Notes under the pieces: model-generated
Database searches by the model: none
The model's input: only the letters and a program-made list of their open reading frames with translations
What the model was told of the DNA's origin: nothing
Part shown: one piece after another, positions 1 through 10,866 of the stretch
Numbering within the stretch: position 1 is the stretch's first letter
Layout of the letters: each line of letters begins with the position of its first letter
Translations under genes and position numbers: made by a program
Assembly (NCBI GenBank): GCA_963709585.1
Contig: CAVPXI010000006.1
Span: 128,001-192,000, forward strand
Direction of reading: 5' to 3'
Length of the DNA: 64,000 bases
From: Candidatus Dormiibacterota bacterium
GTDB lineage: Bacteria; Chloroflexota; Dormibacteria; Aeolococcales; Aeolococcaceae

Positions 1-1
1 C

Positions 2-202
2 GTCCTCGGGGCCGCCAGCCTGCTCATCATCGCCGGCACCCTCGAAACATTCGTCTCGCCGAGCGCGCTCCCGGACGCTATGAAGCTCGCGACCGGAGGG
101 CTGGTGGGGGTGCTCCTCTACTCTTGGCTCCTGCTCGCGGGACGGACCCCGCGCCGGCCTCGAGCGTTCAGGTTCGACCGTCCAGCGGAAACCCCCGCGT
201 AG
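2..202 (+). CDS. Stage II sporulation protein M (SpoIIM/DUF95)-like membrane protein, 3' end (partial)
   Basis: Frame 2 reads ...LLIIAGTLETFVSPSALP...RPAETPA*, resembling the family C-terminal motif. It lies near RDD and MoxR/DUF58 genes, its usual neighbours. Confidence 0.7.
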   Translation, partial: VLGAASLLIIAGTLETFVSPSALPDAMKLATGGLVGVLLYSWLLLAGRTPRRPRAFRFDRPAETPA

Positions 203-212
203 ACTGGAGTCT

Positions 213-1091
213 ATGGACGTCGTCCGGATCACGCCGCGTGGCTACTGCCATGGGGTGGTGGAGGCGATACGGATCGCCAAACGCGAAGGCGCTGCTCGCG
301 CGGGCAGCGAGCCGGTCACCATGCTCGGCTACCTCGTCCACAACGAGCACGTGACCCGCGAGCTCGAGGAATCGGGCGTCGCCCTGGTGGCCGAACCCGA
401 TCGCATGAAGGCGCTCGAACAAGTCACCGAGGGGACGGTCATCTTCACCGCCCACGGGATCTCCCCGGCCGTCGTCGATGCGGCCCGCGCCCGAGGGCTC
501 AACCTCGTCGACGCCACCTGCAGCGACGTCACCCGAACGCACGACCTCGTCCGCGAGCTGGTGGCGAGCGGCCACCACGTCATCTACATCGGCAAACGCG
601 GCCATCCCGAGCCCGCCGGCGTGCTCGGCATCGCCCCGGAGCACACAACCCTTATCGAGAGCATCGACGAGGTGGAAACGCTCGACCTGCCCGACCAACG
701 TCCGCTCGCGGTCACATGCCAGACGACGCTCAGCATGTGGGACACGCAGTCGATCATCGAGCGCCTCGTGGAACGCTTTCCAACAATCGAAGTCCACAAC
801 GAGATCTGCCGCGCAACTCAGGAACGGCAGGAGGCCGCGGTGCTCGCCGCCGACGATGTCGATTGCGTGGTCGTGGTCGGCAGCGCACGCAGCAGCAACA
901 GTCAACGCCTTGTGCAGGTGGTTCGTGAGAAAGGCCACCGTCCCGCGTACCTCGTCGACACCGCGGCGGACCTCGATCCCTCGTGGTTTCAGGGCGTTCG
1001 CCGGGTCGGCGTGACCTCCGGCGCATCGACGCCAACGCAGATCACGCGCGCCGTGATCGCCGCCGTGGAAGCGATGCCCGAAACCGGGTGA
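213..1091 (+). CDS. ispH: 4-hydroxy-3-methylbut-2-enyl diphosphate reductase
   Basis: PRGYCHGV, VHN, AHG, DATC, QTT, ICRATQERQ, SSNS and GASTP motifs. Confidence 0.97.
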   Translation: MDVVRITPRGYCHGVVEAIRIAKREGAARAGSEPVTMLGYLVHNEHVTRELEESGVALVAEPDRMKALEQVTEGTVIFTAHGISPAVVDAARARGLNLVDATCSDVTRTHDLVRELVASGHHVIYIGKRGHPEPAGVLGIAPEHTTLIESIDEVETLDLPDQRPLAVTCQTTLSMWDTQSIIERLVERFPTIEVHNEICRATQERQEAAVLAADDVDCVVVVGSARSSNSQRLVQVVREKGHRPAYLVDTAADLDPSWFQGVRRVGVTSGASTPTQITRAVIAAVEAMPETG

Positions 1092-1149
1092 GGTGACGTT
1101 TCGGCTGAAAGGGTCACAAACCCGGTCAGCCTGCTAGTGTCCTGAACCG

Positions 1150-1758
1150 ATGACCGCAGGAGGGCCGCCGCTTCCCCCGCCTCAGGCGCCCGGTCAATGG
1201 GACGGCGGCCAATCGTATCTTCCCCCGCCCCCTCCGACGTACCCGGTCGCGACGTACTACACCGGGCCGCAAACAGGTCCGGCGCCGGGGATCGCCTATG
1301 CCGGATTCTGGATCCGGGTCGGGGCCTCGATCATCGACAGCATCATCGTCTTGGTGCCGCTCGTGATCGCCTTCATCGTGATCGAGGGATCGGCACTCAG
1401 TGCCTACGCCACCTGCGTCAACAACGCTGCCGCCGCGGCGCTGCCGGCAACCATCTGCGGTTCATTCCTCAGCTCGGCCGGCTACTGGGAGCTGATCGCC
1501 CTCGTCGTCGAGCTCGCCTACTTCGTCATCCTGTGGTCGCAGTTTGGCGCGACCCTCGGCCAGCGGATGCTTGGTCTGCACGTCGTCGACGCGGCGACCG
1601 GCAGGAACATCGGCATCGGGCGCGCGATCGGGCGTTTTGTCGGCTACGTGATCAGCGGATTCGCACTGGACATCGGCTTCATATGGGTCGCGTTCGACGC
1701 CCGCAAGCAAGGCTGGCACGACAAGATCGCCAGCACATTCGTGGTCCGCAAAGTCTAG
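1150..1758 (+). CDS. RDD family membrane protein
   Basis: YAGFWIRVGASIID, GATLGQRMLGLHVVD and QGWHDKIAST motifs; Pro-rich N-terminus. Confidence 0.92.
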   Translation: MTAGGPPLPPPQAPGQWDGGQSYLPPPPPTYPVATYYTGPQTGPAPGIAYAGFWIRVGASIIDSIIVLVPLVIAFIVIEGSALSAYATCVNNAAAAALPATICGSFLSSAGYWELIALVVELAYFVILWSQFGATLGQRMLGLHVVDAATGRNIGIGRAIGRFVGYVISGFALDIGFIWVAFDARKQGWHDKIASTFVVRKV

Positions 1759-1814
1759 AATCCGGCAACCGACTTGCCGTCCGAGACGGCCGCCATTCGA
1801 GGAGGAGAGCGATC

Positions 1815-2471
1815 GTGGCAGCACTGCCGCCCCAGCCACCAGGGAGCCTACCCCCGCAACCGCCGGGCGTCCCTCCGCCCGGAGGTCCACAGCCCGCCGG
1901 GCCGCCCCAGGGCCCCTACTCCCCTGGCGGTGCGTACGCGGGCCAGATGCCCCAGCAGTACGTCTCGCAACCGATGCCGCAGCCCGTCGTGGTCAAGGTG
2001 CACAAACGAACCTTCTGGTTGACGATCGCGCAGATCATCATCATCCTCAAGGCCATCCTGATCATCCTGCTCGCAGCGGCGTCGGTCGCGATCGGCGTCT
2101 ACATCCTCGCTGCAGGGCACGCCGCGCTGCACAACATCCCCGGATACAGTAACTACCAGACCCAGTTCGGCAATTCGTTCGTGAATGCCGCCGGAGCGCT
2201 GTTCTTCGCGATCGCGATCGTGCCACTGATCGTCGGCATAGTGGATCTGATCCTGGGCATCGTTGTGGGCCGGCCGTCAAACGTGGCGCGATGGATCATC
2301 ATCGTGCTCGACGTCATCAGCATCATCATCGCGCTCGCCGATTTCGCCAACGCAAGGACGAGCATCGGTGCCCTCATCCTCGTCGTGTACCTCGCGCTCC
2401 AGGTGATCGTCCTCTACGCGTTGCTGATCGACCCGGCGACACGGAGAGACTTCGCCGGCACGAGCCGCTAG
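1815..2471 (+). CDS. Hypothetical membrane protein with Pro-rich N-terminus and about 4 TM helices
   Basis: GGAGGAG RBS before GTG at 1815; hydrophobic segments. Confidence 0.7.
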   Translation: MAALPPQPPGSLPPQPPGVPPPGGPQPAGPPQGPYSPGGAYAGQMPQQYVSQPMPQPVVVKVHKRTFWLTIAQIIIILKAILIILLAAASVAIGVYILAAGHAALHNIPGYSNYQTQFGNSFVNAAGALFFAIAIVPLIVGIVDLILGIVVGRPSNVARWIIIVLDVISIIIALADFANARTSIGALILVVYLALQVIVLYALLIDPATRRDFAGTSR

Positions 2472-2492
2472 GCTTCCGGCGAGCGCCAAGCC

Positions 2493-3782
2493 TTACAGCC
2501 GCGCTCGCCGCTTGAGGTCGAGGTAACGGTTCACGAGCCGCGGTGACAGCGTGCGCGCATCGGCGTCGATGGTCTCGACACCCGAGCTGCGCAGCAAGCG
2601 CAACGTGTCGTCGCGATCAGCGATGAGCCCGCCGGCGACCGCTCGCGCGTACGCCTCGTCACCGGTTCGCGGTGCCGCGTTCGCCGCGTCATCGAGCGCC
2701 GGGTCGCGCACCGTGACCACCAAAAGGAGATGCCGGCGGCGCAGGCGGACGCATTGCCGGATGAGCGCTTTCCCCTGGTCGGGATCGAGCACGTCGGTGA
2801 AGATCACCGCCAGCGATCGGCGCGTCTGCCACCTGCTGAAAAAGCCGAGCGCGTCGTCGTAATCGGCCTCGGTCTCCCCCGGCTGTATCGGGCGCGTGGC
2901 ATCGAGAAATCGTCGCAGCTGAGCCGTCCCGGCGCGCGGTGGCAACGTGTCGGTGACCGTGTCGGAAAAAGCGAGCATCCCGGCGCGATCGCCGCTGCGG
3001 AGCGCGACGTGCACGAGCAGCAGCGCCGCGTTGATGGCGTGGTCCAGCTTGGTGAGCTCGCCGGCACCGATCCCCATCAGGCGACCGTGATCCAGGCAGA
3101 TCACCAGCGGTTGGGCTCTCTCGGGGATGAGCTCGGTCGCCATCAAGCGCCCCGTCCGCGCGGTGGCGCGCCAGTTGATGGCGCGCAACGGGTCGTCGGG
3201 GAAGGCATCGCGCACCCGCTCGAACTCGCTGCCCTCGGTGCGCAGGCGCATGGTGCGCAACCCGAGCTCGGCCAGCTGACCGCGGCGCGCCAGGGCCTCG
3301 TACACGTCGATGGCTGCAAGATTCGGATCGACGCGCACCGGGCGCGTCATATCGACGGTCGTCTGTCGCCAGCCGAGCTGCCATGGACCACGGATGCGCA
3401 CGGTGGCGGGCCCGAGGACGACGTCGCCGCGCGCCACCGGGGTGACCGTGTATTCGACTTCAGCGGGAAGCTGCACGTTCCATCGCGTTCGCGAGGCATG
3501 CAGCCCCGGCGTGACCTGCTCGTGGACGATCGCGGTCGCACCCGCGGAGCGCGCGCTGATCCGGAGCGTCACGCGGTTGGCGACGCCCACCGAGAGGAGG
3601 TCGTTGGACACGCGCTCGACGCGCAACATCGACCTGCCCGGCGCGCGCCGTGAGTCGACAACGATCGTGCCGACACACGCGACGAGAAGCACGAGCCCCG
3701 CGAAGAACAGTCCCGCCACCGCCGCCCCGGTTGCGATAACGGCGACCGGCACCAGCAGCAGACCGGCCCCGCGCCAGGTCAT
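2493..3782 (-). CDS. DUF58 (vWA-like) protein
   Basis: GSEFERVRD...DPLRAINWRATAR and ICLDHGRLM; directly downstream of MoxR. Confidence 0.92.
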   Translation of the reverse strand: MTWRGAGLLLVPVAVIATGAAVAGLFFAGLVLLVACVGTIVVDSRRAPGRSMLRVERVSNDLLSVGVANRVTLRISARSAGATAIVHEQVTPGLHASRTRWNVQLPAEVEYTVTPVARGDVVLGPATVRIRGPWQLGWRQTTVDMTRPVRVDPNLAAIDVYEALARRGQLAELGLRTMRLRTEGSEFERVRDAFPDDPLRAINWRATARTGRLMATELIPERAQPLVICLDHGRLMGIGAGELTKLDHAINAALLLVHVALRSGDRAGMLAFSDTVTDTLPPRAGTAQLRRFLDATRPIQPGETEADYDDALGFFSRWQTRRSLAVIFTDVLDPDQGKALIRQCVRLRRRHLLLVVTVRDPALDDAANAAPRTGDEAYARAVAGGLIADRDDTLRLLRSSGVETIDADARTLSPRLVNRYLDLKRRARL

Positions 3783-3792
3783 CGCGGCGCGG

Positions 3793-4774
3793 TCACCTGG
3801 GAACCGGGACCCTGCCCACTGCGCGCTGCACGGCGGCGACCTCGGACACGCCCTGGATCTCCGCCTCGGGACGGCGAATCATCCGGTGCCGAAGCGCCGG
3901 GATGCAGACGTCCTTAACGTCGTCCGGGACCACGTAGTCGCGTCCCTGAATGGCGGCCATCGCCTTGCCGGCGAGGAGCAGGGCGATCGATCCCCGAGGG
4001 CTGGCTCCGAGCGAGAGGTCCGGGCTGGTGCGCGTTGCGGTGACGATCGCGGAGATGTAGCCGAGCACCTCGTCGGAGAGGCGGACCGCCGCCACCTCCG
4101 CGCGAACTTTCGCGAGCGCGGCGGCGTCGATGATCGCGGTCACCCCCGCGGCGGTGAGGTCGTGCGCATTGAATCCGCCGTCGACGCGGCGAAGCATCAC
4201 CATCTCGGTTGCCGGCTCGGGAACGTTCACCTCGAGTTTGAAGAAGAATCGATCCAGCTGAGCCTCCGGGAGTGGGTAGGTGCCCTCGTACTCCACGGGG
4301 TTCTGCGTGGCAACCACCAGAAAGCGGTCGCCGAGCGGGCGGCTCTCTCCATCGGAGGTGACCTGGCGCTCTTCCATCGCCTCGAGGAGCGCCGACTGGG
4401 TCTTCGCCGGCGCCCGGTTGATCTCGTCCGCAAGCAGGGTGTCGGTGAAGATCGGCCCTTCACGGAACTCGAACGTCCCAGAAGTCCTGGCGGTAGACGC
4501 TCGTCCCGACAATGTCAGACGGGAGCAGGTCGGGGGTGAACTGGATTCGGGTGAAGCGGGCGTCGAGCGCCGCCGCGAGCGTCCTCGCCATCAGCGTCTT
4601 CGCGGTGCCCGGGACTCCCTCCAGGAGCACGTGCCCACCACAGAGGACGGCGATGTACAGGCCGTCGATGACCTGGAGCTGGCCGACCACGGCGCGACCC
4701 ATGGTCTCGTGCAGTACCGCGCGCAAGGCGGCGGCGTCGCTCTGGCTTGCCACGGTGGGCATTGTGCCTGTCAT
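3793..4774 (-). CDS. moxR: MoxR family AAA+ ATPase (one frameshift near 4485, probably a sequencing error)
   Basis: [23 protein letters not shown] in ORF 4460..4795; [42 protein letters not shown] in ORF 3793..4512. Confidence 0.93.
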
Positions 4775-5922
4775 CTCACCGCCGCGCCGGTCCACTGGCG
4801 CTCGCAGGCGTCGACATCGCGCGCGAGCCGGAGCAGCTGGCTCTCCTCGGGTCGCCCCGACGCGAGTGAGCGAGCGTGGGCAAGCAACGCCGCCAGCGCC
4901 TGAGCTGATTGCGCGTTGGTCACCGATATCGCGGCGCAGAAGCCGGCGTCGTCGAGATGTGAGTCAACGCCGGTCGCGCTGCCGATTCTCCGTTTGAGCT
5001 CGTCGGCGTAGCGCGCCGCGATCGGTCCACGTTGCCGGCTGCGCGCAAACAGCTGCCCCATCGCGGTCACATAGGCGGTTGCGCTCGGCACCGCCTGGCC
5101 ACCATCTGCCGCCGGCTTGCCGAGGCGGCGACCGTTCAATGCGATGGCGAGTAGTCCCAACACGCCGAGCAGCAGGGTCGCCAGCCCGACCGGCCCGTCG
5201 AAGATCGCCCCCGCTCCGCTGCTCGCGGATGTTTCCCCGTGGTGGTATTCGTCAAATCGGATCCGGCCTCCGCGAGCGCGCTGCAGCAGGCTGAGCGCCA
5301 GGAACGAGGAGTCGCCGTGGCGGAGGCCGTCATTGGACAGCGGCGCGGTGTCGCCGAGGACGTAGGCGCGACCACCGGCGCCGACCCGCACCATCCCGGC
5401 CACCACGTCGTTCTTCTCCACCAGCATCGGGACCAGCGGACTCTGATTGGAGAACGTCAGGCCGCTCCCGACCGGGACCGAAGCGACGCGATCGGTGCTG
5501 TCGAACGGTTGCGCGAGGGTCGCGATGCCGCTCCCCAGCGAAGCGGACGGGTTCACCTCGAGCGTGCGGAGCAGCGGAGCCGCCGCCCCGAGGCTCCTGG
5601 GCGTGACCACGAGCACCAGGTCGCCACCGGAGCGCAGGAATGTCATCACCGCTTTGACGTCGGCATCGGTGAGCGCGACCGTGGGCTCGTAGCAGAAGAC
5701 GACGTCGCTTCCGGTGAGGTCGAAGGTGCCGCTGATCCTGCCGACATCGAGACCGAGGTTGGAGAACCACGTGTACAGAGCGAGCGTCCCCAGGGTGCCG
5801 GCGGATCGCGATGACGGGTTGAGCTGGTCGTTGGGAGGGATGGCGCTGCTGATCGCGATGACCGCGAGGATGCAGAGCGCCGCGATCAAGGTGAGCATCG
5901 CCGAGAGCGGCGGCCGGCGCAT
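4771..5922 (-). CDS. DUF4350 domain membrane protein
   Basis: N-terminal [23 protein letters not shown]-terminal TM plus RRLG; typical MoxR operon position. Confidence 0.85.
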   Translation of the reverse strand: MRRPPLSAMLTLIAALCILAVIAISSAIPPNDQLNPSSRSAGTLGTLALYTWFSNLGLDVGRISGTFDLTGSDVVFCYEPTVALTDADVKAVMTFLRSGGDLVLVVTPRSLGAAAPLLRTLEVNPSASLGSGIATLAQPFDSTDRVASVPVGSGLTFSNQSPLVPMLVEKNDVVAGMVRVGAGGRAYVLGDTAPLSNDGLRHGDSSFLALSLLQRARGGRIRFDEYHHGETSASSGAGAIFDGPVGLATLLLGVLGLLAIALNGRRLGKPAADGGQAVPSATAYVTAMGQLFARSRQRGPIAARYADELKRRIGSATGVDSHLDDAGFCAAISVTNAQSAQALAALLAHARSLASGRPEESQLLRLARDVDACERQWTGAAVR

Positions 5923-6857
5923 CGGCTCGGGGCCCCGGCTCGACGCGCCACCCGCCGTACGGCCTCGCATCGGACCCGGGCGATGTCCCAGTCGTCGGGA
6001 CCGACCGGTGCGCGGCCGTACCAGGCCCTGTCGAAAGACGCCGCGGCGGGGGCGACCACGGCCAGCAGGTCGGCGTCGGTCGAGAGCGTCGCAAGCAGCT
6101 CCCGGGTGGTCCAGGCTCGATCGAGGTGAGCTCGCCGGTCGGCGACATCGAGAAGCGCCGAACGGAACGCCCGTCGCACTGCCTCGCGATGATCACCGCG
6201 CTGCGCGGCCGCCAGTGCGAGCCGCCACTCGTGGTCGGGATCGTCGCCGCGGGTCGCAGGCTCGTCGGATCCGAGCGCCCGCCGCCCGCCGGCGACGCCG
6301 CGCAGCCGGTAGATGACGAGTGCGGTGATGGCGCCGAGTACAAGCAGCCCGAGCAGGATCGAACCACCGTTGCCGAGCAGTCCGAAAAGATGCGAGAGGA
6401 TCCAGTTGATCGCGGCGCCGATGCGCTCGAGGATCGACGGTGGCTGGTTCTGGTCGAGATCGGCAAAAACGGACGACGCGTACACCTGGTGGAGGGCGTT
6501 CTCTGCCGCCCGGGAATCGACGTTGCACGCGGACCCGGCCGGCAACGCGAGCGTGGTCACGATGAGGTCGATGCGCTGCCGGCCGGCGGCGACATCGGGG
6601 GGCGACGCGGTGAGGCCGGCGATGATCGGAGCAAGCTCCAAGCTCGACGACGGTGCGAGGTTCTCGGCTTCGATGACCGAAGTCAGTGCCGCCGCCGGCT
6701 GCGCGGGAACCGCGCTCAGCGCGACGTCCGCACGTCCAAGCAAGGTGAGGTATTCGAGCGTCACGCATGATCCGGCAGCCAGCGCGCGGCCCGCCGCGGG
6801 CACGGCACCGGCCGTCAACGCGACGCTGATGACCACCCCGGCGAGCAGGCGCCTCAC
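5886..6857 (-). CDS. DUF4129 domain protein
   Basis: Signal peptide, TM, then GDHREAVRRAF...WTTRELL...FDRAWYG. Confidence 0.82.
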   Translation of the reverse strand: MRRLLAGVVISVALTAGAVPAAGRALAAGSCVTLEYLTLLGRADVALSAVPAQPAAALTSVIEAENLAPSSSLELAPIIAGLTASPPDVAAGRQRIDLIVTTLALPAGSACNVDSRAAENALHQVYASSVFADLDQNQPPSILERIGAAINWILSHLFGLLGNGGSILLGLLVLGAITALVIYRLRGVAGGRRALGSDEPATRGDDPDHEWRLALAAAQRGDHREAVRRAFRSALLDVADRRAHLDRAWTTRELLATLSTDADLLAVVAPAAASFDRAWYGRAPVGPDDWDIARVRCEAVRRVARRAGAPSRCAGRRSRRCSP

Positions 6858-7981
6858 AGCGACCGCGCGAGCATCTCGATATCGAATCCTTCCTTGCGGA
6901 TGCGGATGTCGTAATACAGGAGGGTCACCCCGATGTAGGTGATCGGTCCGACGAACACCGCTGCGAGCGCACTCGCCACCTGGTCGAAGACGAAGGTGTT
7001 GTTCGGATCGATGACCGCCCCGGGAATCTCGAAGATGGCGGCGACCACCGAGGAGATGATCGCGGCGATCAGCCCGAGCAGGGCCATCCGTCCGAACGTC
7101 GGCCAGAAGCGGCCGCTGATCAATTGCCAGCTGCGCTGTAGCCCGCGCCAGCCGGAGAGGCGCTCGAGAACGATCGCGGGCACGGCAACGACTGTGCGCA
7201 CGTAGACCATGATCAGTGTCGGAATCAGCGCAATGAACGCCACCACGGCGAGTAGCACGCCGAGCCCGCCGGCGCCAAGGGCGCTGAGCAACAGGACCAG
7301 CGCAAAGACCACCGCCAGGGAACCGGCGTAGGCGCCGATAAGGATGAGGATCATCCAGATCAGCGATCTGAGACGGCCCATCGCCGCTCGATACGCGGAC
7401 ATCAGCGAGCTCGGGCGGTCGAGGTAGCGATCACTGACAGCGCGCGTCGTCGCCGCCTCGCCGAGCGGGACGACGATCAGCAGGCTGACCAGCAACAAAC
7501 CGACCGAAACAGCGAGCACCCCCAGGGCCGAGTTGATGAGTTGCTGCGCCTGCGCCTGGGTGATCGTCTGCGTGCCCAGTGAGGCGAATGGCGAACGCAC
7601 GAATGTCGCGACCCCGGTGAGTTCGAAGAGCAGCCAGGTCAGCAGCGCGTATGGGATCTGCACCACCGCACTGATCGATGCGATCAGCGCGAAATTACGG
7701 CGATACATCGTGAAGGTGGCATCGAGCCACTCGCCCACCGACATGGACCGGAAACGTCCGGATCCGACCTGCGACGGCATGAACCCCGGGTTCCAACCGG
7801 GTTGTGGCGATCCCCAGCCCGGCGGTGACCCCCAGCCCGGCGGTGGTGACCCCCAGCCCGGCGGCGGCGACCCCCACCCGGGTGGCGGCGACCCCCAGCC
7901 CGGCGGCGGTGACCCCCAGCCCGGCGGTTGCGCTCCGAGATCGGCGGGTGGCGGGCTCGGAGGCGGTGGCTGGTCCGTCAT
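6854..7981 (-). CDS. Membrane protein (glycerophosphodiester phosphodiesterase membrane domain-like) with Pro/Gly/Trp-repeat N-terminus
   Basis: RSMSVGEWLDATFTMYRRNF, VLER..GLQRSWQL, LLYYDIRIRKEGFD. Confidence 0.85.
   Translation of the reverse strand: MTDQPPPPSPPPADLGAQPPGWGSPPPGWGSPPPGWGSPPPGWGSPPPGWGSPPGWGSPQPGWNPGFMPSQVGSGRFRSMSVGEWLDATFTMYRRNFALIASISAVVQIPYALLTWLLFELTGVATFVRSPFASLGTQTITQAQAQQLINSALGVLAVSVGLLLVSLLIVVPLGEAATTRAVSDRYLDRPSSLMSAYRAAMGRLRSLIWMILILIGAYAGSLAVVFALVLLLSALGAGGLGVLLAVVAFIALIPTLIMVYVRTVVAVPAIVLERLSGWRGLQRSWQLISGRFWPTFGRMALLGLIAAIISSVVAAIFEIPGAVIDPNNTFVFDQVASALAAVFVGPITYIGVTLLYYDIRIRKEGFDIEMLARSL
7810..7930 (-). repeat. About 5-6 copies of a 21-bp coding tandem repeat encoding PPPGWGS
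   Basis: Repeated GACCCCCAGCCCGGCGGCGGT-like units on the + strand. Confidence 0.9.
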
Positions 7982-8098
7982 CGGACCATTGTCAATGCTG
8001 TACCACAAGCGTGATCAAACGGTATCCTCACAACCTGAGGCGATGAGAGAGCTCACTGCCGCGCTAGTTCGCGGCCATTTCACTGTGCGGCGCGCTCG

Positions 8099-9490
8099 AT
8101 GCGGGCGCTAGTTGTCGACCCGACCCTGATCGACCCCGGCTCCGGCCGTCGGGGTCGGGGCCGGCGTCGCCACACGCAGGCGAACTCCTCGATTCCCGTC
8201 GAAGTACGCGACGTCCGGACCCCGGTTCCGCCCGGGCCCGGCTGGGTGCTCATCCGCCCCGCGCTGGCAGGGATCTGCGGCACCGATCTCGCCCTCGTGC
8301 ATCGTGACCCGATGCCCAACGTGCTCACGGCCTACGCCAACTCCGGCACCTTCATTCCCGGCCACGAGGTTGTCGGCGTCGTGGAGCGCGCGTCGTCGAC
8401 CCGCTGGGCCCATGAGGGCGACCGCGTCCTGGTGGAGCCGACCTTGCGCTGCGCTCACAAGGGGCTGGCGGAGTGCCGTCGCTGCCGATCCGGGGATACG
8501 CACCTGTGCGAGAACGCCGATCGCGGTGGGGCGCTGTGCTCCGGCCGGTCGGTCGGATCGAGCGAGAGGGCCGGCGGCGGCTGGAGCGAGGGTTTCCTCG
8601 TCCACGAAGACATGCTCGTCCGGGCCGACGGCATCTCCGATCAGCGAGGAGTCCTCGCCGAACCGGCGGCCACAGCCCTCCACGCGGTCATGCGATGGAC
8701 CCGCCGCGGCGACACCGCGGTCGTCATCGGAACGGGCGCGCTGAGCCGGCTCATCGTCGCAACCCTCCGGCGCCTCCACCCCGACCTCGACATCATCGTG
8801 CTCCATGACGCGCGGAGCGCAGCCCGCCCGCGCCTGGGCAGGCGTCACCGGGAGAGCGCCCCCCTCAACGGCGACCCCAACGCCGCCTTCATGGCGATCC
8901 GATCGATCGGCGCCAATCGCGTCTGGCACGGATCGTCCGACGAGATGCTCCAGAAGACCGCCGAGCACATGGAGGCGCGCCTCATGCGGCCGGCGGGCGG
9001 GGGCCTGCCGGTGCTCGACGGCGGGGTCGACGTGGTGTTCGACTGCCGGGCGTCGGCACTCAGCATCGACCTCGCGGTGCGCCTGCTCCGCGCCGACGGC
9101 ACGCTGGTGCTCTGCGGTCGCTCCGGCCGCCACGAGATCGAGTGGTCGCTCATCTGGGCACGCGAGCTCACCGTGCGCGGGGCCGCGTCGTACGGCCGCG
9201 AGCCGGACGGGAAGCGCACCTTCGGCACGATTCGTGAGTGGTTGAGCGACGCGAGCTTTCCGGTCGACGGCGTCGTGACCCATCGATTCCCGCTGGACGA
9301 GTACCAGGCGGCGCTGGCGATCGCCCAGGCGGGCACGGCCGCGGGCGCCGTGAAGGTGGTCTTCGAAGGTCCGGCGGCCACCAGCCTCCGGCCGTCGGCG
9401 GCGGCGATCGTCGTCCATCAGCCCGACGAGCCGGTGCTGCTCCAGTCGACCGCGGCTCGGGTTCGCGGCGGCCGGGTCAAAGTCTCTTAG
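8099..9490 (+). CDS. Zinc-binding (MDR family) dehydrogenase
   Basis: GICGTD, GHEVVG, Cys cluster C..C..C..C, VVTHRFPLDEY. Confidence 0.88.
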   Translation: MRALVVDPTLIDPGSGRRGRGRRRHTQANSSIPVEVRDVRTPVPPGPGWVLIRPALAGICGTDLALVHRDPMPNVLTAYANSGTFIPGHEVVGVVERASSTRWAHEGDRVLVEPTLRCAHKGLAECRRCRSGDTHLCENADRGGALCSGRSVGSSERAGGGWSEGFLVHEDMLVRADGISDQRGVLAEPAATALHAVMRWTRRGDTAVVIGTGALSRLIVATLRRLHPDLDIIVLHDARSAARPRLGRRHRESAPLNGDPNAAFMAIRSIGANRVWHGSSDEMLQKTAEHMEARLMRPAGGGLPVLDGGVDVVFDCRASALSIDLAVRLLRADGTLVLCGRSGRHEIEWSLIWARELTVRGAASYGREPDGKRTFGTIREWLSDASFPVDGVVTHRFPLDEYQAALAIAQAGTAAGAVKVVFEGPAATSLRPSAAAIVVHQPDEPVLLQSTAARVRGGRVKVS

Positions 9491-9595
9491 GGGACCTCGC
9501 GTGGTCCCGCGCCGGGCCGGCGCGTGCCCGCGTGATCCGAGCAGCCGGGCGCGCGCGTACCAACAGACGCGCAACCCCCGAGCGTGTGTCGGAGC

Positions 9596-10171
9596 ATGAG
9601 AGTGCACCTTAGTGACGACGACATTGTCCGCTCGATCTCTGACCATTCGCCCGAGGGGATCGAAGCCTTGTACGACCGATACGGTGGCCTCGCTCACACG
9701 GTCGCGCTGCGCATCCTCAGCGACCGGGGCGCCGCCGAGGACGTCGTCCAGGAGTCGTTCCTGGCGGTCTGGCGTCGCGGATCCACCTTCCAGCCCGGTC
9801 GGGGATCGCTTCGCTCCTGGATCTGCACGATCGTCCGCAACCGGGCCATCGACCGCTTGCGCGGCGATCGACACCGGACGCGGCTGGATACGCCGATCGA
9901 GGGGGAGTCCGTCGAGCCCGCGGTCACCGACCCCTGGGTTGCCGTCGCCGTCGAGTTGAGCGGCGAGGAGGTTCGCAAGGCGCTCGCCGAGCTTCCCGCC
10001 GAGCAGCGCCAGACCATCGAGCTCGCTTACTACGGCGGCTACTCTCAGTCCGAGATCGCCGCCGCGATGGAGGTGCCGCTCGGCACAGTCAAAGGGCGCG
10101 TCCGGATCGCCCTCGACAAGCTGCGCGCCAGCCTCGCCGATCGCCTGGAGACACCGTGGCAGCCGCAATGA
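9596..10171 (+). CDS. ECF sigma factor, SigK-like
   Basis: AEDVVQESFLAVW, IELAYYGGYSQSEIA, PLGTVKGR; overlaps the anti-sigma gene. Confidence 0.92.
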   Translation: MRVHLSDDDIVRSISDHSPEGIEALYDRYGGLAHTVALRILSDRGAAEDVVQESFLAVWRRGSTFQPGRGSLRSWICTIVRNRAIDRLRGDRHRTRLDTPIEGESVEPAVTDPWVAVAVELSGEEVRKALAELPAEQRQTIELAYYGGYSQSEIAAAMEVPLGTVKGRVRIALDKLRASLADRLETPWQPQ

Positions 10172-10866
10172 GCCACGACGAGGTGGCTGACCTCCTTGCG
10201 CTCGATGCCGTCGGTGCGCTCGATCCGTCGGAGCGGGATGCGATGGAGCGCCACCTCGTCACTTGTTCGGCGTGCAGGAAGTCGGCCGCCGACTACGCCA
10301 ACGTTGCGTCGTTGCTTCCGGGCGCGCTCGAGGTGGTACCGCCACCCGCGCGCCTGCGGCGCAGCCTGATGGCGCAGGTCTACGCTGAGGCGAGCGCTCC
10401 GCCGAGCGTGCCCTGGTGGCGGCGAGTGGTTGCCGCGATCCCTGCGAGCCGCGCCCTCACCGTGGTCGGAGCAGCCGCGGTGGTCGCGGCCATCGTATTC
10501 GGGATCTGGGGCGCATCCGGCAGGATGGGTTCGCAGATCCCGATCTCCGTCTCCTACGCCGTGTCGGGAACGACGGCCACCGGAGCCCTGGCCGTCGGCG
10601 GCGGCGAGACCCCGGCAGTGCTGACGGTGGATGGTCTCCAGCCGCTTCCCAGCACCAAGGTCTACGAGGTCTGGCTCATCCCGCCGCACGGCTCACCGAA
10701 AGGGGTGGCGTTTCTCAGCCCCAACCCGCATGGCGGCGTCTGGACGGCGGTCGTCCCGGGGAGCCTGGCTGGATACAAGAGCATCGCCGCGACCGTGGAG
10801 CCGGTCGGAGGCAGCCCGACCCCCTCGAACACCGAGGTCTTGAGCGGTCAGCTCACCGCGTCCTGA
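10168..10866 (+). CDS. Anti-sigma factor, RskA-like, with N-terminal ZAS motif
   Basis: HLVTCSAC, TM, YEVWLI, ATVEPVGGSPTPS. Confidence 0.9.
   Translation: MSHDEVADLLALDAVGALDPSERDAMERHLVTCSACRKSAADYANVASLLPGALEVVPPPARLRRSLMAQVYAEASAPPSVPWWRRVVAAIPASRALTVVGAAAVVAAIVFGIWGASGRMGSQIPISVSYAVSGTTATGALAVGGGETPAVLTVDGLQPLPSTKVYEVWLIPPHGSPKGVAFLSPNPHGGVWTAVVPGSLAGYKSIAATVEPVGGSPTPSNTEVLSGQLTAS

Noticed and set aside
8108-10168. Long antisense ORFs (for example 8108..10168, 35196..36881, 51813..53855)
   Set aside because: Shadow ORFs of high-GC coding strands opposite well-supported genes.
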